A stretch of DNA of 64,000 nucleotides from Emiliania huxleyi CCMP1516 (GCF_000372725.1 NW_005202428.1:707221-771220), one strand, 5' to 3'; counted from the stretch's first letter, positions 32,340 through 44,671 are shown. Program-made: numbers and translations. Notes: generated by a model not told the origin, from the sequence alone.

Positions 32340-35300
32340 CTGCCAGGACTGCGATCCGCCTCGGGCATACAGGTAGTGCAGCGGGCACGCGGTCGAACAC
32401 GCCTTCAGAGCGCGCGCCGAAGCGAGCACCAACACCGCTCGTCGAGCCGCCGTCGATGGCGGTGGCGGCAGCCCCGCCGGCGCCCTCGAGAGTGGCCCAG
32501 CCGCACACACACGCGAGCGCTCGCCGCCCCCCCCCTCAAAGAGGCGGGGTGGTGACGGGCGCCCGCGGCTGGTGCACGAGCGGCGATGGTGTTGCCCGCC
32601 CGCCGAGCCGCGCGTGGGCAGCGCAGGGGCAGCGCGAGCAGCCACGACATGGTGCGGTAGCAGCGCCGCGCCCGGCGCACCAGCGGCGGCGGCAGCTTTG
32701 AGCCCGGCCGCAAATCGCCTCGGGCATACAGGCAGTGCAGCGGGCATGCGGCCGGGCACCGCCTCCAGAGCGTGCGCCGAGACGAGCACCCAATACCGCT
32801 CGCCGAGCCGCCGCCGCGGCAGCGGACGGCGCCGCGGCCCGGCCGGCAGCATGTCGCCAAGGGGGGGAGGCGAGCGCGCCCCACCGACGGTAAGGGGTAC
32901 TGCCAGGCCCACTCGCCGGGCGCCGGGACGAGGAAAGGCGAGCTGGCCCGATGGCCAGCTGACCCGAAGGCGAGCTGGCCCGATGGCCAGCTGGCCCGAA
33001 GGCGAGCTGGCCCGATGGACGCAATGTCCCGATGGACGCAATGTCCCGATGGACGCAATGTCCCGATGGCCAACTGACCCGAAGGCGAGCTGTCCCGATG
33101 GACGCAATGTCCCGATGGCCAACTGACCCGAAGGCGAGCTGTCCCGATGGACGCAATGTCCCGATGGCCAACTGACCCGAAGGCGAGCTGTCCCGATGGA
33201 CGCAATGTCCCGATGGCCAACTGACCCGAAGGCGAGCTGTCCCGATGGACGCAATGTCCCGATGGCCAACTGACCCGAAGGCGAGCTGTCCCGATGGACG
33301 CAATGTCCCGATGGCCAACTGACCCGAAGGCGAGCTGTCCCGATGGACGCAATGTCCCGATGGCCAACTGACCCGAAGGCGAGCTGTCCCGATGGACGCA
33401 ATGTCCCGATGGCCAACTGACCCGAAGGCGAGCTGTCCCGATGGACGCAATGTCCCGATGGCCAGCTGACCCGAAGGCGAGCTGTCCCGATGGACGCAAT
33501 GTCCCGATGGACGCAATGTCCCGATGGACGCAATGTCCCGATGGCCAGCTGACCCGAAGGCGAGCTGTCCCAATGGACGCAATGTCCCGATGGCCAGCTG
33601 ACCCGAAGGCGAGCTGTCCCGATGGACGCAATGTCCCGATGGCCAACTGACCCGAAGGCGAGCTGTCCCGATGGACGCAATGTCCCGATGGCCAACTGAC
33701 CCGAAGGCGAGCTGTCCCGATGGACGCAATGTCCCGATGGCCAACTGACCCGAAGGCGAGCTGTCCCGATGGACGCAATGTCCCGATGGCCAACTGACCC
33801 GAAGGCGAGCTGTCCCGATGGACGCAATGTCCCGATGGCCAACTGACCCGAAGGCGAGCTGTCCCGATGGACGCAATGTCCCGATGGCCAACTGACCCGA
33901 AGGCGAGCTGTCCCGATGGACGCAATGTCCCGATGGCCAGCTGACCCGAAGGCGAGCTGTCCCGATGGACGCAATGTCCCGATGGACGCAATGTCCCGAT
34001 GGACGCAATGTCCCGATGGCCAGCTGACCCGAAGGCGAGCTGTCCCAATGGACGCAATGTCCCGATGGCCAGCTGACCCGAAGGCGAGCTGTCCCGATGG
34101 ACGCAATGTCCCGATGGCCAGCTGACCCGAAGGCGAGCCGTCCCGATGGACGCAATGTCCCGATGGCCAGCTGACCCGAAGGCGAGCTGTCCCGATGGAC
34201 GCAATGTCCCGATGGCCAGCTGACCCGAAGGCGAGCTGTCCCGATGGACGCAATGTCCCGATGGCCAACTGACCCGAAGGCGAGCTGTCCCGATGGACGC
34301 AATGTCCCGATGGCCAGCTGACCCGAAGGCGAGCTGTCCCGATGGACGCAATGTCCCGATGGCCAGCTGACCCGAAGGCGAGCTGTCCCGATGGACGCAA
34401 TGTCCCGATGGCCAGCTGACCCGAAGGCGAGCTGGCCCGATGGACGCAATGTCCCGATGGACGCAATGTCCCGATGGACGCAATGTCCCACCGCTGCGCC
34501 CGGTGAGTGAGTGAGCGACGGCGACAGCTCTGAGCTCAGCCGCACATCGCCTCGGGCACGCAGGCAGTGCAGCGGGCGTGCAGCCGAGCACGCCTCCAGA
34601 GCGTGCGCCGAAGTGAGCATCAACGCCGCTCGCCGACCCGCCGTCGAGCGTAGTGGACTGGGCCCCGGCCCGGCCGGCAGCACGCGTCGCCAAGGGGGCG
34701 GGGCGAGGGTGCCCCACCGACGGCAGGAGATGCTGTCAGGTCCAGTCGCCGGGCGCCGGGACGAGGGGAGAGTGCTGCCACCGAGGCGGATAGCACTGCA
34801 GACCGCCACATCGCTGCAGAGCACGTCGGCGGCGGGCTAGCCCCGGCGGCACGTTGCGCGGAGTGAGACGGCAGCGGCGGCGGCGTGCGAAGGCGCCGCA
34901 AAGCGGGAGCGCCGGGCCAGCGGGGGGCTTGCGCCCAGGGCAAGTTCCTTGCCGAGCATTGGGCGCGACGCTCTCGTCGGCGCGGCCGGGGAGGCGACCG
35001 CGGCGCAGTGCCCGCTCAAGTAGAGCGGCGGCGGTGGCGGCGGCCCCGCCGGCGCCCTCGAGAGTGGCGCAGCCGCACGCACACGCGAGCGCTCGCCGCC
35101 CCCCCCCAGAGAGGCGGGGTGGTGACGGGCGCCCGCGGCTGGCGCACGGGCGGCGATGGTGTCGCCCGCCCGCTGAGCCGCGCGTGGGCAGCGCAGAGGC
35201 AGCGCGAGCAGCCACGACATGGCGCGGTAGCAGCGCCGCGCCCAGGGCACCAGCGGCGGCGGCAGCTCGGAGCCCGGCCGCAGATCGCCTCGGGCATACA

Positions 35301-38300
35301 GGCACAGGCAGTGCGGCGGGCATGCGGCCGGACACGCCTCCAGAGCGCGCGCCGAAGCGAGCATCGGCACCGCTCGCCGAGCCGCCGTCGAGGCAGCGGA
35401 CTGCGCCGCGGCCCGGCCGGCAGCGCGTCGCCAAGCGAGAGGCGAGCGTGCCACGCCGACGGCAAGAGGTAGCGCCGGGTCCACTCGCCGGGAGCGGGAC
35501 GAGGAGAGCGCGCTGCTGCCACCGCGGCGGATCGCACCGCAAAACGCAGCGTCGCCGCAAGCGCGTCGGCGGCAGTGAGCACGAGCGTTTCGTCGCGCAG
35601 AACGAGACGGCAGCGGTGGCGGCATGCGAGGGCGGCGGCGGCGCCGCAAGCGGACGCGACGGGCCAGGAGGCTCTCGCTCCTCGGGCAGGAGCCTCGCCG
35701 AGCACTGAGCATGACGCCCTCGTCGGCGAGGCTGGAGAGGCGAGACCACGGCGCGGCGCACGCTTAGAGCAGAGCGGCTGCGGGGCAGCGGCCTCGCCGT
35801 CGTCCGGCCGCACGCACCCGCACACACGCGCGCGCCGCCCGCCGCCCTTTCCATAGAGACGGGGTGGAAATGAGCGGCCGCGGCTGGCCCGCGAGTGGCG
35901 ATGGTGCCGCCCGCCGGCCGAGCCACGTGTTGGCAGCGCGCAGAGGCCGCGCGAGCGGCCACGCCGTGGTGCTGGCGGCGCTGCGCCCGGTGAGTGAGTG
36001 AGCGACGCCGACAGCTCTGAGCTCAGCCGCACATCGCCTCGGGCACGCAGGCAGTGCAGCGGGCGTGCAGCCGAGCACGCCTCCAGAGCGTGCGCCGAAG
36101 TGAGCACCAACGCCGCTCGCCGACCCGCCGTCGAGCGTAGCGGACTGGGCCGCGGCCCGGCCGGCAGCACGCGTCGCCAAGGGGGAGGGGCGAGCGTGCT
36201 CCACCGACGGCAGGAGATGCTGTCAGGTCCAGTCGCCGGGCGCCGGGACGAGGGGAGCGCGCTGCCACCGAGGCGGATCGCACTGCAGACCGCCACATCG
36301 CTGCAGAGCATGTCGGCGGCGGGCGAACCCCGGCGGCACGTTGCGCGGAGTGAGACGGCAGCGGCGGCGGCGTGCGAAGGCGCCGCGGAGCGGAGGGCGC
36401 CGGGCCAGCGGGAGGCTCGCTCCCCGGGCAAGCGACTTGCCGGGCACTGAGGGCGACGCTCTCGTCGGCGCGGCCGGAGAGGCAACCGCGGCGCAGTGCC
36501 CGCTCAAGTAGAGCGATGGCGGTGGCGGCAGCCCCGCCGGCGCCCTCGAGAGTGGCGCAGCCGCACGCACACGCGAGCGCTCGCCGCCCCCCCCTCAAAG
36601 AGGCGGGGTGGTGACGGGCGCCCGCGGCTGGTGCACGAGTGGCGATAGTGTCGCCCGCCCGCTGAGCCACGCGTGGGCAGCGCAGAGGCAGCGCGAGCAG
36701 CCACGACAGGCGCGGTAGCAGCGCCGCGCCGGGGTACTAGCGGCGGCGGCAGCTCTGAGCCCGGCCGCAGATCGCCTCGGGCATACAGGCACCGGCAGAG
36801 CGTGCGCCGAAGTGAGCACCAACGCCGCTCGCCGACCCGCCGTCGAGCGTAGCGGGCTGGGCCGCGGCCCGGCCGGCAGCACGCGTCGCCAAGAGGGTGG
36901 TGCGAGGGTGCCCCACAGACGGCAGGAGATGCTGTCAGGTCCAGTCGCCGGGCGCCGGGACGAGGGGAGAGTGCTGCCACCGAGGCGGATAGCACTGCAG
37001 ACCGCCACATCGCTGCAGAGCATGTCGGCGGCGGGCTAGCCCCGGCGGCACGTTGCGCGGAGTGAGACGGCAGCGGCGGCGGCGTGCGAAGGCGCCGCAA
37101 AGCGGGAGCGCCGGGCCAGCGGGGGGCTTGCGCCCAGGGCAAGTTCCTCGCCGAGCATTGGGCGCGACGCTCTCGTCGGCGCGGCCGGGGAGGCGACCGT
37201 GGCGCAGTGCTCGCTCAAGTAGAGCGGCGGCGGTGGCGGCGGCCCCGCCGGCGCCCTCGAGAGTGGCGCAGCCGCACGCACATGCGAGCGCTCGCCGCCC
37301 CCCCCCAGAGAGGCGGGGTGGTGACGGGCGCCCGCGGCTGGTGCACGAGCGGGGATGGCGCCGCCCGCCCGCCGAGCCGCGCGTGGGCAGCGCAGAGGCA
37401 GCGCGAGCAGCCACGCCACGGCGCGGTAGCAGCGCCGCGCCCGGTGCACCAGCGACGGCGGCAGCTCTGAGCCCGGCCGCAAACCGTCTCGGGCATACAG
37501 GCAGTGCAGCGGGCATGCGACCGGGCACCGCCTCCAGAGCGTGCGCCGAGACGAGCACCCAATACCGCTCGCCGAGCCGCCGCCGCGGCAGCGGACGGCG
37601 CCGCGGCCCGGCCGGCAGCACGTCGCCAAGGGGGGGAGGCGAGCGCGCCCCACCGACGGTAAGGGGCACTGCCCGGCCCACTCGCCGGGCGCCGGGACGA
37701 GGAGAGGCGCACTGCCGTCAGCGCGGCGGATCGCACTGCAGACCGCAACGTCGCCGTACATATTGGCGGCGGGCGAAGACGAGCGTCGCGTCGCGCGGAG
37801 CGAGACGGTAGCGGCGGCGGCGTGTGAGAGCGGCAGAGGCGCTGCAAGGCGTGAGCGACGGGCTGGGAGGCTCTCGCTCCTCAGCAAGCGCCCTGCCGAG
37901 CGCTGAGCGCGACGCCCTCGTCAGCGAGGCTGGAGAGGCGACCACAGCGCAGCGCGCGTGCAAAGCGGAGCGGCGGCTGGGGCGGCCGCCTCGCAGTCGC
38001 CCTCGAAAGTGGTCTGGCGCCCGCACACGTGAGCGCACGCCGCCCCCCTCCTCCCGGAGAGACGGGACGGCGACGGGTGCCCGCGGCCGGCGCACGAGCG
38101 GCGACAGTGTCGCCTGCCTGCCGAACCACAATAGGCAGCGCAGGGGCACCACGAGCAGCCACGCGGTGGTACCGGCGGCGCGCCCGGCGCCGCAGCGGCG
38201 GCGACAGCTCGGAGCTCAGCCGCACATCGCCTCGGGCCCACAGGCAGTGCAGCGGGCACGCGGCCGAGCACGCCTCCAGAGCGTGCGCCAAAGTGACCCT

Positions 38301-40520
38301 TCACGCCGCTCGTCGGGCCGCCGAGCGGCAGCGGACTGCGCCGTGGCCCGGCCGGCCGCACGCGTGCCAGAGGAAGAGGCAGGCGCGCCCCGCCGACGGC
38401 AGGAGATGCTGTCAGGCCCACTCGCCGGGCGCCGGGACGAGGAAAACGCGCTACCGCCGCAGCGGCGGGTCGCGCTGTAGACCGCTACATCGCCGCAGAG
38501 CGTGCCGGCGGCGGGCGAGCCCCCGACAACAATACGCGCGGAGCAGGACGGCGGCGGCGGCGGCGTGTGAGGGCGGCGGCGCCGCCGCAGAGCGGGAGCG
38601 CCGGGCCAGTGGGAGGCTTGCCCCCCGGGCAAGCGCCTTGCCGGCATCGAGCGCGACGCTCCTGTCAACGCGGCCGGAGAGGCAACCGCGGCGCAGTGCT
38701 AAGTAGAGCGGCGGCGGTGGCGGCAGCCCCGACGGCGCCCTCGAGAGTGGCGCAGCCGCACGCACACGCGAGCGCTCGCCGCCCCCCCCCAGAGAGGCGG
38801 GGTGGTGACGGGCGCCCGCGGCTGGTGCACGAGCGGCGATAGTGTCGCCCGCCCGCCGAGCCGCGCGTAGGCAGCGCAGAGGCAGCGCGAGCAGCCACGA
38901 CATGGCGCGGTAGCAGCGCCGCGCCCAGGGCACCAGCGGCGGCGGCAGCTCGGAGCCCGGCCGCAAATCGTCTTGGGCATACAGGCACAGGCAGTGCGGC
39001 GGGCGGGCGGCCGGACACGCCTCCAGAGCACGCGCCGAAGCGAGCACCAACACCGCTCGTCGGGCCGCTGACGAGGCAGCGGACTGCGCCGCGGCCCGGC
39101 CGGCAGCGCGTCGCCAAGCGAGAGGCGAGCGTGCCACGCCGACGGCAAGAGGTAGCGCCGGGTCCACTCGCCGGGAGCGGGACGAGGAGAGCGCGCTGCT
39201 GCCACCGCGGCGGGTCGCGCCGCAGAACGCAGCGTCGCCGCAAGCGCGTCGGCGGCAGTGAACACGAGCGTTTCGTCGCGCAGAACGAGACGGCAGCGGT
39301 GGCGGCATGCGAGGGCGGCGGCGGCGCCGCAAGCGGACGCGACGGGCCAGGAGGCTCTCGCTCCTCGGGCAGGCGCCTCGCTGAGCGCTGAGCACGACGC
39401 CCTCGTCGGCGAGGCTGGAGAGGCGGGACCACGGCGCGGCGCACGCTTAAAGCAGAGCGGCTGCGGGGCGGCGGCCTCGCCGTCGTCCGGCCGCACGCAC
39501 CCGCGCACACGCGCGCGCCCGCCACCCTTTCCACAGAGACGGGGTGGCAATGAGCGGCCGCGGCTGGCCCGCGAGTGGCGACGGTGCCGCCCGCCGGCCG
39601 AGCCGCGCGTGGGCAGCGCGCAGAGGCCGCGCGAGCGGCCATGCCGTGGTGCTGGCGGCGCTGCGCCCGGTGAGTGAGTGAGCGACGGCGACAGCTCTGA
39701 GCTCAGCCGCACATCGCCTCGGGCACACCGACAGGGCGGGCATGCGACCAGGGCGTGCGCCGGAGCGAGCGCCAACGCCGCTCGCCGAGCTGCCGTCGAG
39801 GCAGTGGAAGGCGCCGCGGACTGGGTCGCGGCGCGATCGGCAGCACGCGCCGGCAGGGGCGAGCCGAGCGTGCCCCGCCGACGGCGGAGGTGTTGCCGGG
39901 TCCACTCGCCGGGCGCCGGGACAAGGGGAGCGCGCTGCCGCCACAGCGGCGGGTCGCACTGCAGACCGCCACGTTTCCGTAGAGTAGTCGGCGGCGGGCG
40001 ATTCCCGACAGCACGTCGCGTGAGGCGAGACAGCAGCGGCGGCGGCGTGCGAGGGCAGCGGCGCCGCCGCAAAGCGGGCGCGACGGGTCAGGAGGCTCTC
40101 GCCCTTCGGGCAAGCGCCTTGCCGCGAGCGCCGAACCCGACGCCCTCGTCGGTGCGGCTGGAGAAGTGATTCTGGCGCAGCGCGCACTCGAGGCGGCGGC
40201 GGTGGCGGCAGCCTCGCCGTCGCCCTCGAGAGTGGTCCAGCCGCACACACACGTGAGCGCTCGCCGCCCCCCCCCCCCCCCCAGAGAGAGGCGGTCGGGC
40301 GATGAGCGCCCGCGGCTGGCGCACAAGCAGCGATAGTGCTGCCCGCCCGCTGAGCCGTGAGTGGGCAGCGCCGAGGCAGCGCGAGCAGCCACGCCGCGGC
40401 GCTGACGGCGCCGCGCCCGGCGCACCAGCGAGTCGCACACCGCCTCGGGCCCACGGGCAATCTGTGCAGCGGGTGTGCGGCCGAGGATGCCTCCGGAGCG
40501 TGCATCGAAGTGTGCGCCAA
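32340..40520. repeat. Degenerate ~740-bp tandem repeat (about 10 units) forming the element interior
   Basis: A gcagcgcagaggcagcgcgagcagccac-like marker recurs at ~32618, 35189, 35933, 36677, 37387, 38135, 38871, 39613 and 40366 (spacing 710-753 bp after the array). Confidence 0.85.
32935..34489. repeat. 49-bp tandem array (32+17 bp subunits) with a 475-bp higher-order repeat
   Basis: Unit atggccaactgacccgaaggcgagctgtcccg+atggacgcaatgtcccg, about 30 copies. The triple 17-mer and a ccaatgg variant recur 475 bp apart (~33570 and ~34045). Confidence 0.95.
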
Positions 40521-41107
40521 CGCCGACAAACATGGCGATCTGGCGATGCGCAGCGGCCGCGCGGCGCTCCACATGGCAGTCGCGGCCCAGCCAGAAGAGT
40601 CGGGAAGCCGCAGCGGGCTTCGGGCTGATGCGGGCCACGAGCGGGCGCCGCTGCGAGCACGGCAGCCACGGCAGAGCCATGCGAGGATCCCGTCTCCAGC
40701 GAAACTCCCCTTCCTCAAAATCAATCCCAAACTTCGACGAGGCGAGAGAGCGCGCACAGACTGACGTCAGCTACGCTCCTGAAGGACACCTCTGAAAGGC
40801 ACCTTCGTCTGAGGACGGCGTCTGAAGACGACGGCCTCTGGTCAGATTCGGTCTCGTCGCTAGACTCCGATTTCTCTTTGTCAGGCCATGTGCCGCTCGC
40901 TCGTCCGCCCAAGTGACTTGGACGCGCGGTCGAGGGCACCCCACCGTTCCTGGGGCGCGCTGGCGCTCACCGCTGGCGCTCACCAGCGGTCACCCCCCAC
41001 CCATCCACCCTTTTGTCTTTGAGGCTGTCGCTCCGAGAAAACTTGTCTCGCAGCTGCGAGAAATTACCATCCCGGTTGTGTGTGGTCCAAGTTGATCCTC
41101 AACCGCG

Positions 41108-42767
41108 ATGGCGGACGTTGCGGGCGATCAAGCGCCTCGCCGCTTCAAGGTGGCGGGCGAAGGCCTCGAACTGACCATCACGCTCGATGCCAAGTGGCAG
41201 GCCCGCCCGTTCCAGCAGGCTGTCGCGCTGCCGTTCGTCAAAAAGTTCAACAGCCAGCAGAGGGAGGGCGGGCGGCAGCTGAGCGTCGAGGCGCTGTGCG
41301 GTGTGCAAATCGACGGAGCCGCTCTGTCGCGCGTGGCGGACGCGCGGCTCGCCGCCGCCGGCCTTGTGGTGCCGCCGGCCGCGTCGCGCGTGGAGCTAAC
41401 CTTTGGAGAGCCGCCGCCGACGGAGTTGCGGCTGCGCGTCGCGTGCGGCGACGTGTCGGTCAAGCTCACGCTGGACAAGCGGTGGTTGGGCAAGACCGTG
41501 GCCGAGGCAGTCGTCAAGCCCTTTCTCTCTGTGTACAACCGCCGCCAGCCGACCGCCACGCCACCGCGTACACCAGAGCAGGCACTCGCCGCGCTCGCAC
41601 GTGCCCGCCGCCGCCCACACGACACCGCCCACACCCACCCACGCACGCCCACACCCCGTCCACACTCGCCCACACCCGCCCACACCCGCCCACACCCGCC
41701 CACACCCGCCCACACGCACACCCGCCACACGCCTCAGGCCGTCGAGATCCACGCCGACGGCGCAAAGCTGCCGAGCGCCAAGGAGGCGCTGCGGATGGGC
41801 CCGCTCGAGGCGCTCGGCTGGCACTGCACGCGCGTCGACCTCTTCTTCTCGTACGAGGCGGTGCGCGCGGCAGCCAAGCCGCGGCCGATGCTCGGCCAGA
41901 GCGTCGGCCACATATCGCCGGCAGACTGCCGCGACGCGACGGAGCTGTGGCCGTGAACGGCGGGCTCTCCACCGCTCTAAGCTGTGAGCAGGCGGACTAC
42001 CGCGAGGCGACCGAACTGCTGTGGACACACCGCAAGCTCAACAAGGCGGACGGCGCCGCCATCGCTCGCAGCTTCACTGCCGCCTCGCCGCTGCGCAAGC
42101 TCAAGTACCTCTACCTCTACGGCAACAGCCTCGGCGACGAGGGCCTCGCCGCGCTCGCGCCGGCGCTCAGGCAAACGGGCAGCCGCCCCTCCACACCCAC
42201 TCTCACCCACCCACCCACCCTCCCTCTCCGCTTCCCGCCTCGTGGGCCGCCGCTGTGTACCTGAAAACTGCTGCTGCCTGCACCGGCCTCCCTTCCACGC
42301 GCGGCCGAGACGGCCTACCCTCTCCCCTCCCCTCCCTCTGCGAGAGCGCGCCTCGGGCACGGCAGCGGCACGCGGCTCAGTCGCAACGCACGCGCAGGCG
42401 GGAGCACGCGCCCGCACTGCGGGAGTTGCACCTCTCCACCAACGGCATCGGATCGGAGGGTGTGCGCGCGCTCGCCGAGCTGTGCCACCCGTCGCCAAAG
42501 CTGGCGGCGCTCTCGCTGCACGACAACCGGATCTCGGACGAGGGCGTCTTCGCGCTCGCCGACGCAATCAGCGGCGGCTCCTTTGTCGTCGAGAAGGTCA
42601 CGCTGCACACCAACCCCGCCGTGAGCGCCGAGGGGGTGCGGCGCATGACCGAGGCTTGCGCCGGCGCCGACTTTGCGGAGCCGACGCCCGACCGCGGGCC
42701 GACCCCCTACATCCCGCTCGACCACACGCCGCAGCGCTGGCTGGAGCGGGGCGACGTGGACAAGTGA
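41108..42767 (+). CDS. Protein with two related N-terminal modules and C-terminal RNI-like leucine-rich repeats
   Basis: Exons 41108-41581, 41738-41920, 41992-42170 and 42398-42767 (three GC-AG introns). LKYLYLYGNSLGDEGLAALA, LRELHLSTNGIGSEGVRALA and LSLHDNRISDEGVFALA. Confidence 0.8.
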
Positions 42768-43373
42768 AATAGTGATTTGGGTTTTGAGAGCCGCCGTGTC
42801 TTCAGTCCGCGGCCTCTCGCGACGGGTTAATGTGCACGCTCTCTGCACTCTGGGAGCGCATGTTGTGCGAATCAAAAAGAAAATCAAAATGAAAAAGTGA
42901 GAGGTTCGACACTGAGAGGAGCGCCGAGAGCGAGAGCCCCCCAGGCCCAGCCCCCGAGACGAATGACGATATCGGCTCGTAATACGCTCTGCCCCGTGCG
43001 TCGAGCGTCCCCTGTCTTCTGTGGTCCTGAGTATTTCTCAGGTCGTCCTTCCGATCCCGCGCATATCGTTCAGGTACTGCACGGCGGCGGGGGCGTCTCT
43101 GACTCTCTGACTCGCGCGTCGTCCCCGCACGCCAGGAGCCGCAGCCGGACCCCGCGCGCGGAAGCAGTGGCTGAGCCAGTAGTAAGGTAAGGTAATGTAA
43201 GGTAAGGAAAGGTATGGGGCAAGGGGGGGGATGCCTCCCTTGTTTCTCCACGTCTAGAAGACCACAGGAGCCCCACGGTATTAAAAGTGCGGCACAGGGT
43301 CTTCGAGCTGCCGGCTGGGCTGATTGCAATTCGGCCATTTGGGTACCGGCACACGAGGTGCCGGTAGTAAGCT

Positions 43374-44339
43374 TCAACAAGGCCCAGGCCAAAAGGCCGC
43401 CCCGACGCGCCTCACGCTCAGCTGTAGCCCGCCAAAGTCGCTGCCGTCGAGCGCCTGCACGAACGCGTCTGCGCGCGACCAGTTGGCGAGCTTGACCATC
43501 GCGCGCCCGCTGTCGCCAAGAAAATCCACGCCTTCCACGCCGCCCGTGCCGTCTAAGATGCCGGCCGAGCTCTCAAAGTGTCCTTTAAGCTCTTCCTCTG
43601 TTGTGGCGGGCGGCACGTTTCGCACGAAGAGCAAGCCGTCACCGCCATGCGCAACGAAGAAACGGTGCGGCGGCGGCGGTGGGGGTACTATGGTGATGCC
43701 CTGGCCCAGACCACTGTCATACTCCCGTGACACGCCCTCAAAGTGAAAATTGGATTTGCTGCTGATGCAATGGTTTGAGACATATGCGAGGACGGCATCC
43801 TCCCCCGCGCGGCCGCCATACCTGTATTCGAAGCAGGCACCTTTGTCCGCAGCGGAGAGCAGCACCTTCAGGTCCGTGAGATGAGCCTCGTAGTTCCCGG
43901 TGAACGCACATTTCGCGAGGACTTTCTCGAGAATTTTTCGCGAGGACTGGCGCGAGAATCTTTCTGTGCCCCTGAAGAGTAGCACGAGACCCTGCGCCTC
44001 CCGAACTTGTTCATCAAACTTTGAACGGTCGATGCGCTCGCATGTGAGAGAGGTCATGTTGAAGTCGCTTTGCCTGTACTTCAAATTGAGATGGACAGTC
44101 GGGCCCTCCTCATGCTCTTCAGCCACAGCGCCATGCCCATCTGGCGTCTCCTCCTCCGCACTGGGCGCGGCGACGGCGGCGTACTCCTTCCACCGCTCCT
44201 CGGCCGCCTCGAGCTTCTTGAGCTGGCGCTTGTCCTTGCCGCTCAGCTTGCCGCCCTCCTTCGCCTTGAGCCGGAGCGTTGCGAGCTCGGCCTGAAGCGC
44301 GGCGAGCTTTGAGGCGTCATCGTCCTCGTCCTCGCTCAT
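43374..44339 (-). CDS. RRM-domain protein
   Basis: Intronless ORF; the C-terminal LFVRNVPPATTEEELKGHF...GRAMVKL...ALDGSDFGGLQLSV fits an RRM. Confidence 0.65.
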   Translation of the reverse strand: MSEDEDDDASKLAALQAELATLRLKAKEGGKLSGKDKRQLKKLEAAEERWKEYAAVAAPSAEEETPDGHGAVAEEHEEGPTVHLNLKYRQSDFNMTSLTCERIDRSKFDEQVREAQGLVLLFRGTERFSRQSSRKILEKVLAKCAFTGNYEAHLTDLKVLLSAADKGACFEYRYGGRAGEDAVLAYVSNHCISSKSNFHFEGVSREYDSGLGQGITIVPPPPPPHRFFVAHGGDGLLFVRNVPPATTEEELKGHFESSAGILDGTGGVEGVDFLGDSGRAMVKLANWSRADAFVQALDGSDFGGLQLSVRRVGAAFWPGPC

Positions 44340-44671
44340 GGGAGCGATCTTCGAGCGAGGCCTCTCGCGTTCCGGGGCGCGAAGCTATGCCAGGGCTGGA
44401 TTGAACGCGGCGGACGTACGGCAGGGGCCGGGGGGGGGGGGGGGCGCTCGCGGCCGATGGTTGTTACGAGATTCGAGTGCTGATGCGATGGTTCTGCGCG
44501 AGGGCTCAACGACCCTTTCAGAGTTGTGAGCCAATACACTGAAAAAGAAAGCGCGCCCGCCGCGGGGCGGTGGCGAGGCTCGGATTTCGTGGGTCTAATA
44601 CTTGCCTCGGTGCAGTCAACCCAGGCCAGCTCAACCCGACGTCTTCCCCGACGTCTTCCCCTCCTCCCTCG

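Larger units (their letters stand above)
31594..41068 (-). mobile_element. Non-autonomous split-direct-repeat (Ngaro/PAT/TOC1-type) tyrosine-recombinase retrotransposon
   Basis: A repeats 40733-41068 and 31743-32078 (336 bp, identical by eye). B repeats 32076-32173 and 31594-31691 (98 bp, identical). Minus-strand order is A1-internal-B1-A2-51 bp-B2. ACC is shared by both termini and the B1/A2 junction. No RT, RNase H or YR ORF was recognised. Confidence 0.8.

Noticed and set aside
32935..34489. CRISPR array
   Set aside because: Both alternating subunits are repeated, there are no unique spacers or cas genes, and the context is eukaryotic.
31977..40757. Long ORFs (up to 829 aa) inside the element
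   Set aside because: They are open in several frames at once because the GC-rich repeats lack stops on that strand. No recognisable protein motifs.
31743..41068. Conventional LTR retrotransposon bounded by the 336-bp repeats
   Set aside because: No TG...CA ends, no 4-6 bp TSD, and no gag/pol. The additional B repeats fit split direct repeats instead.
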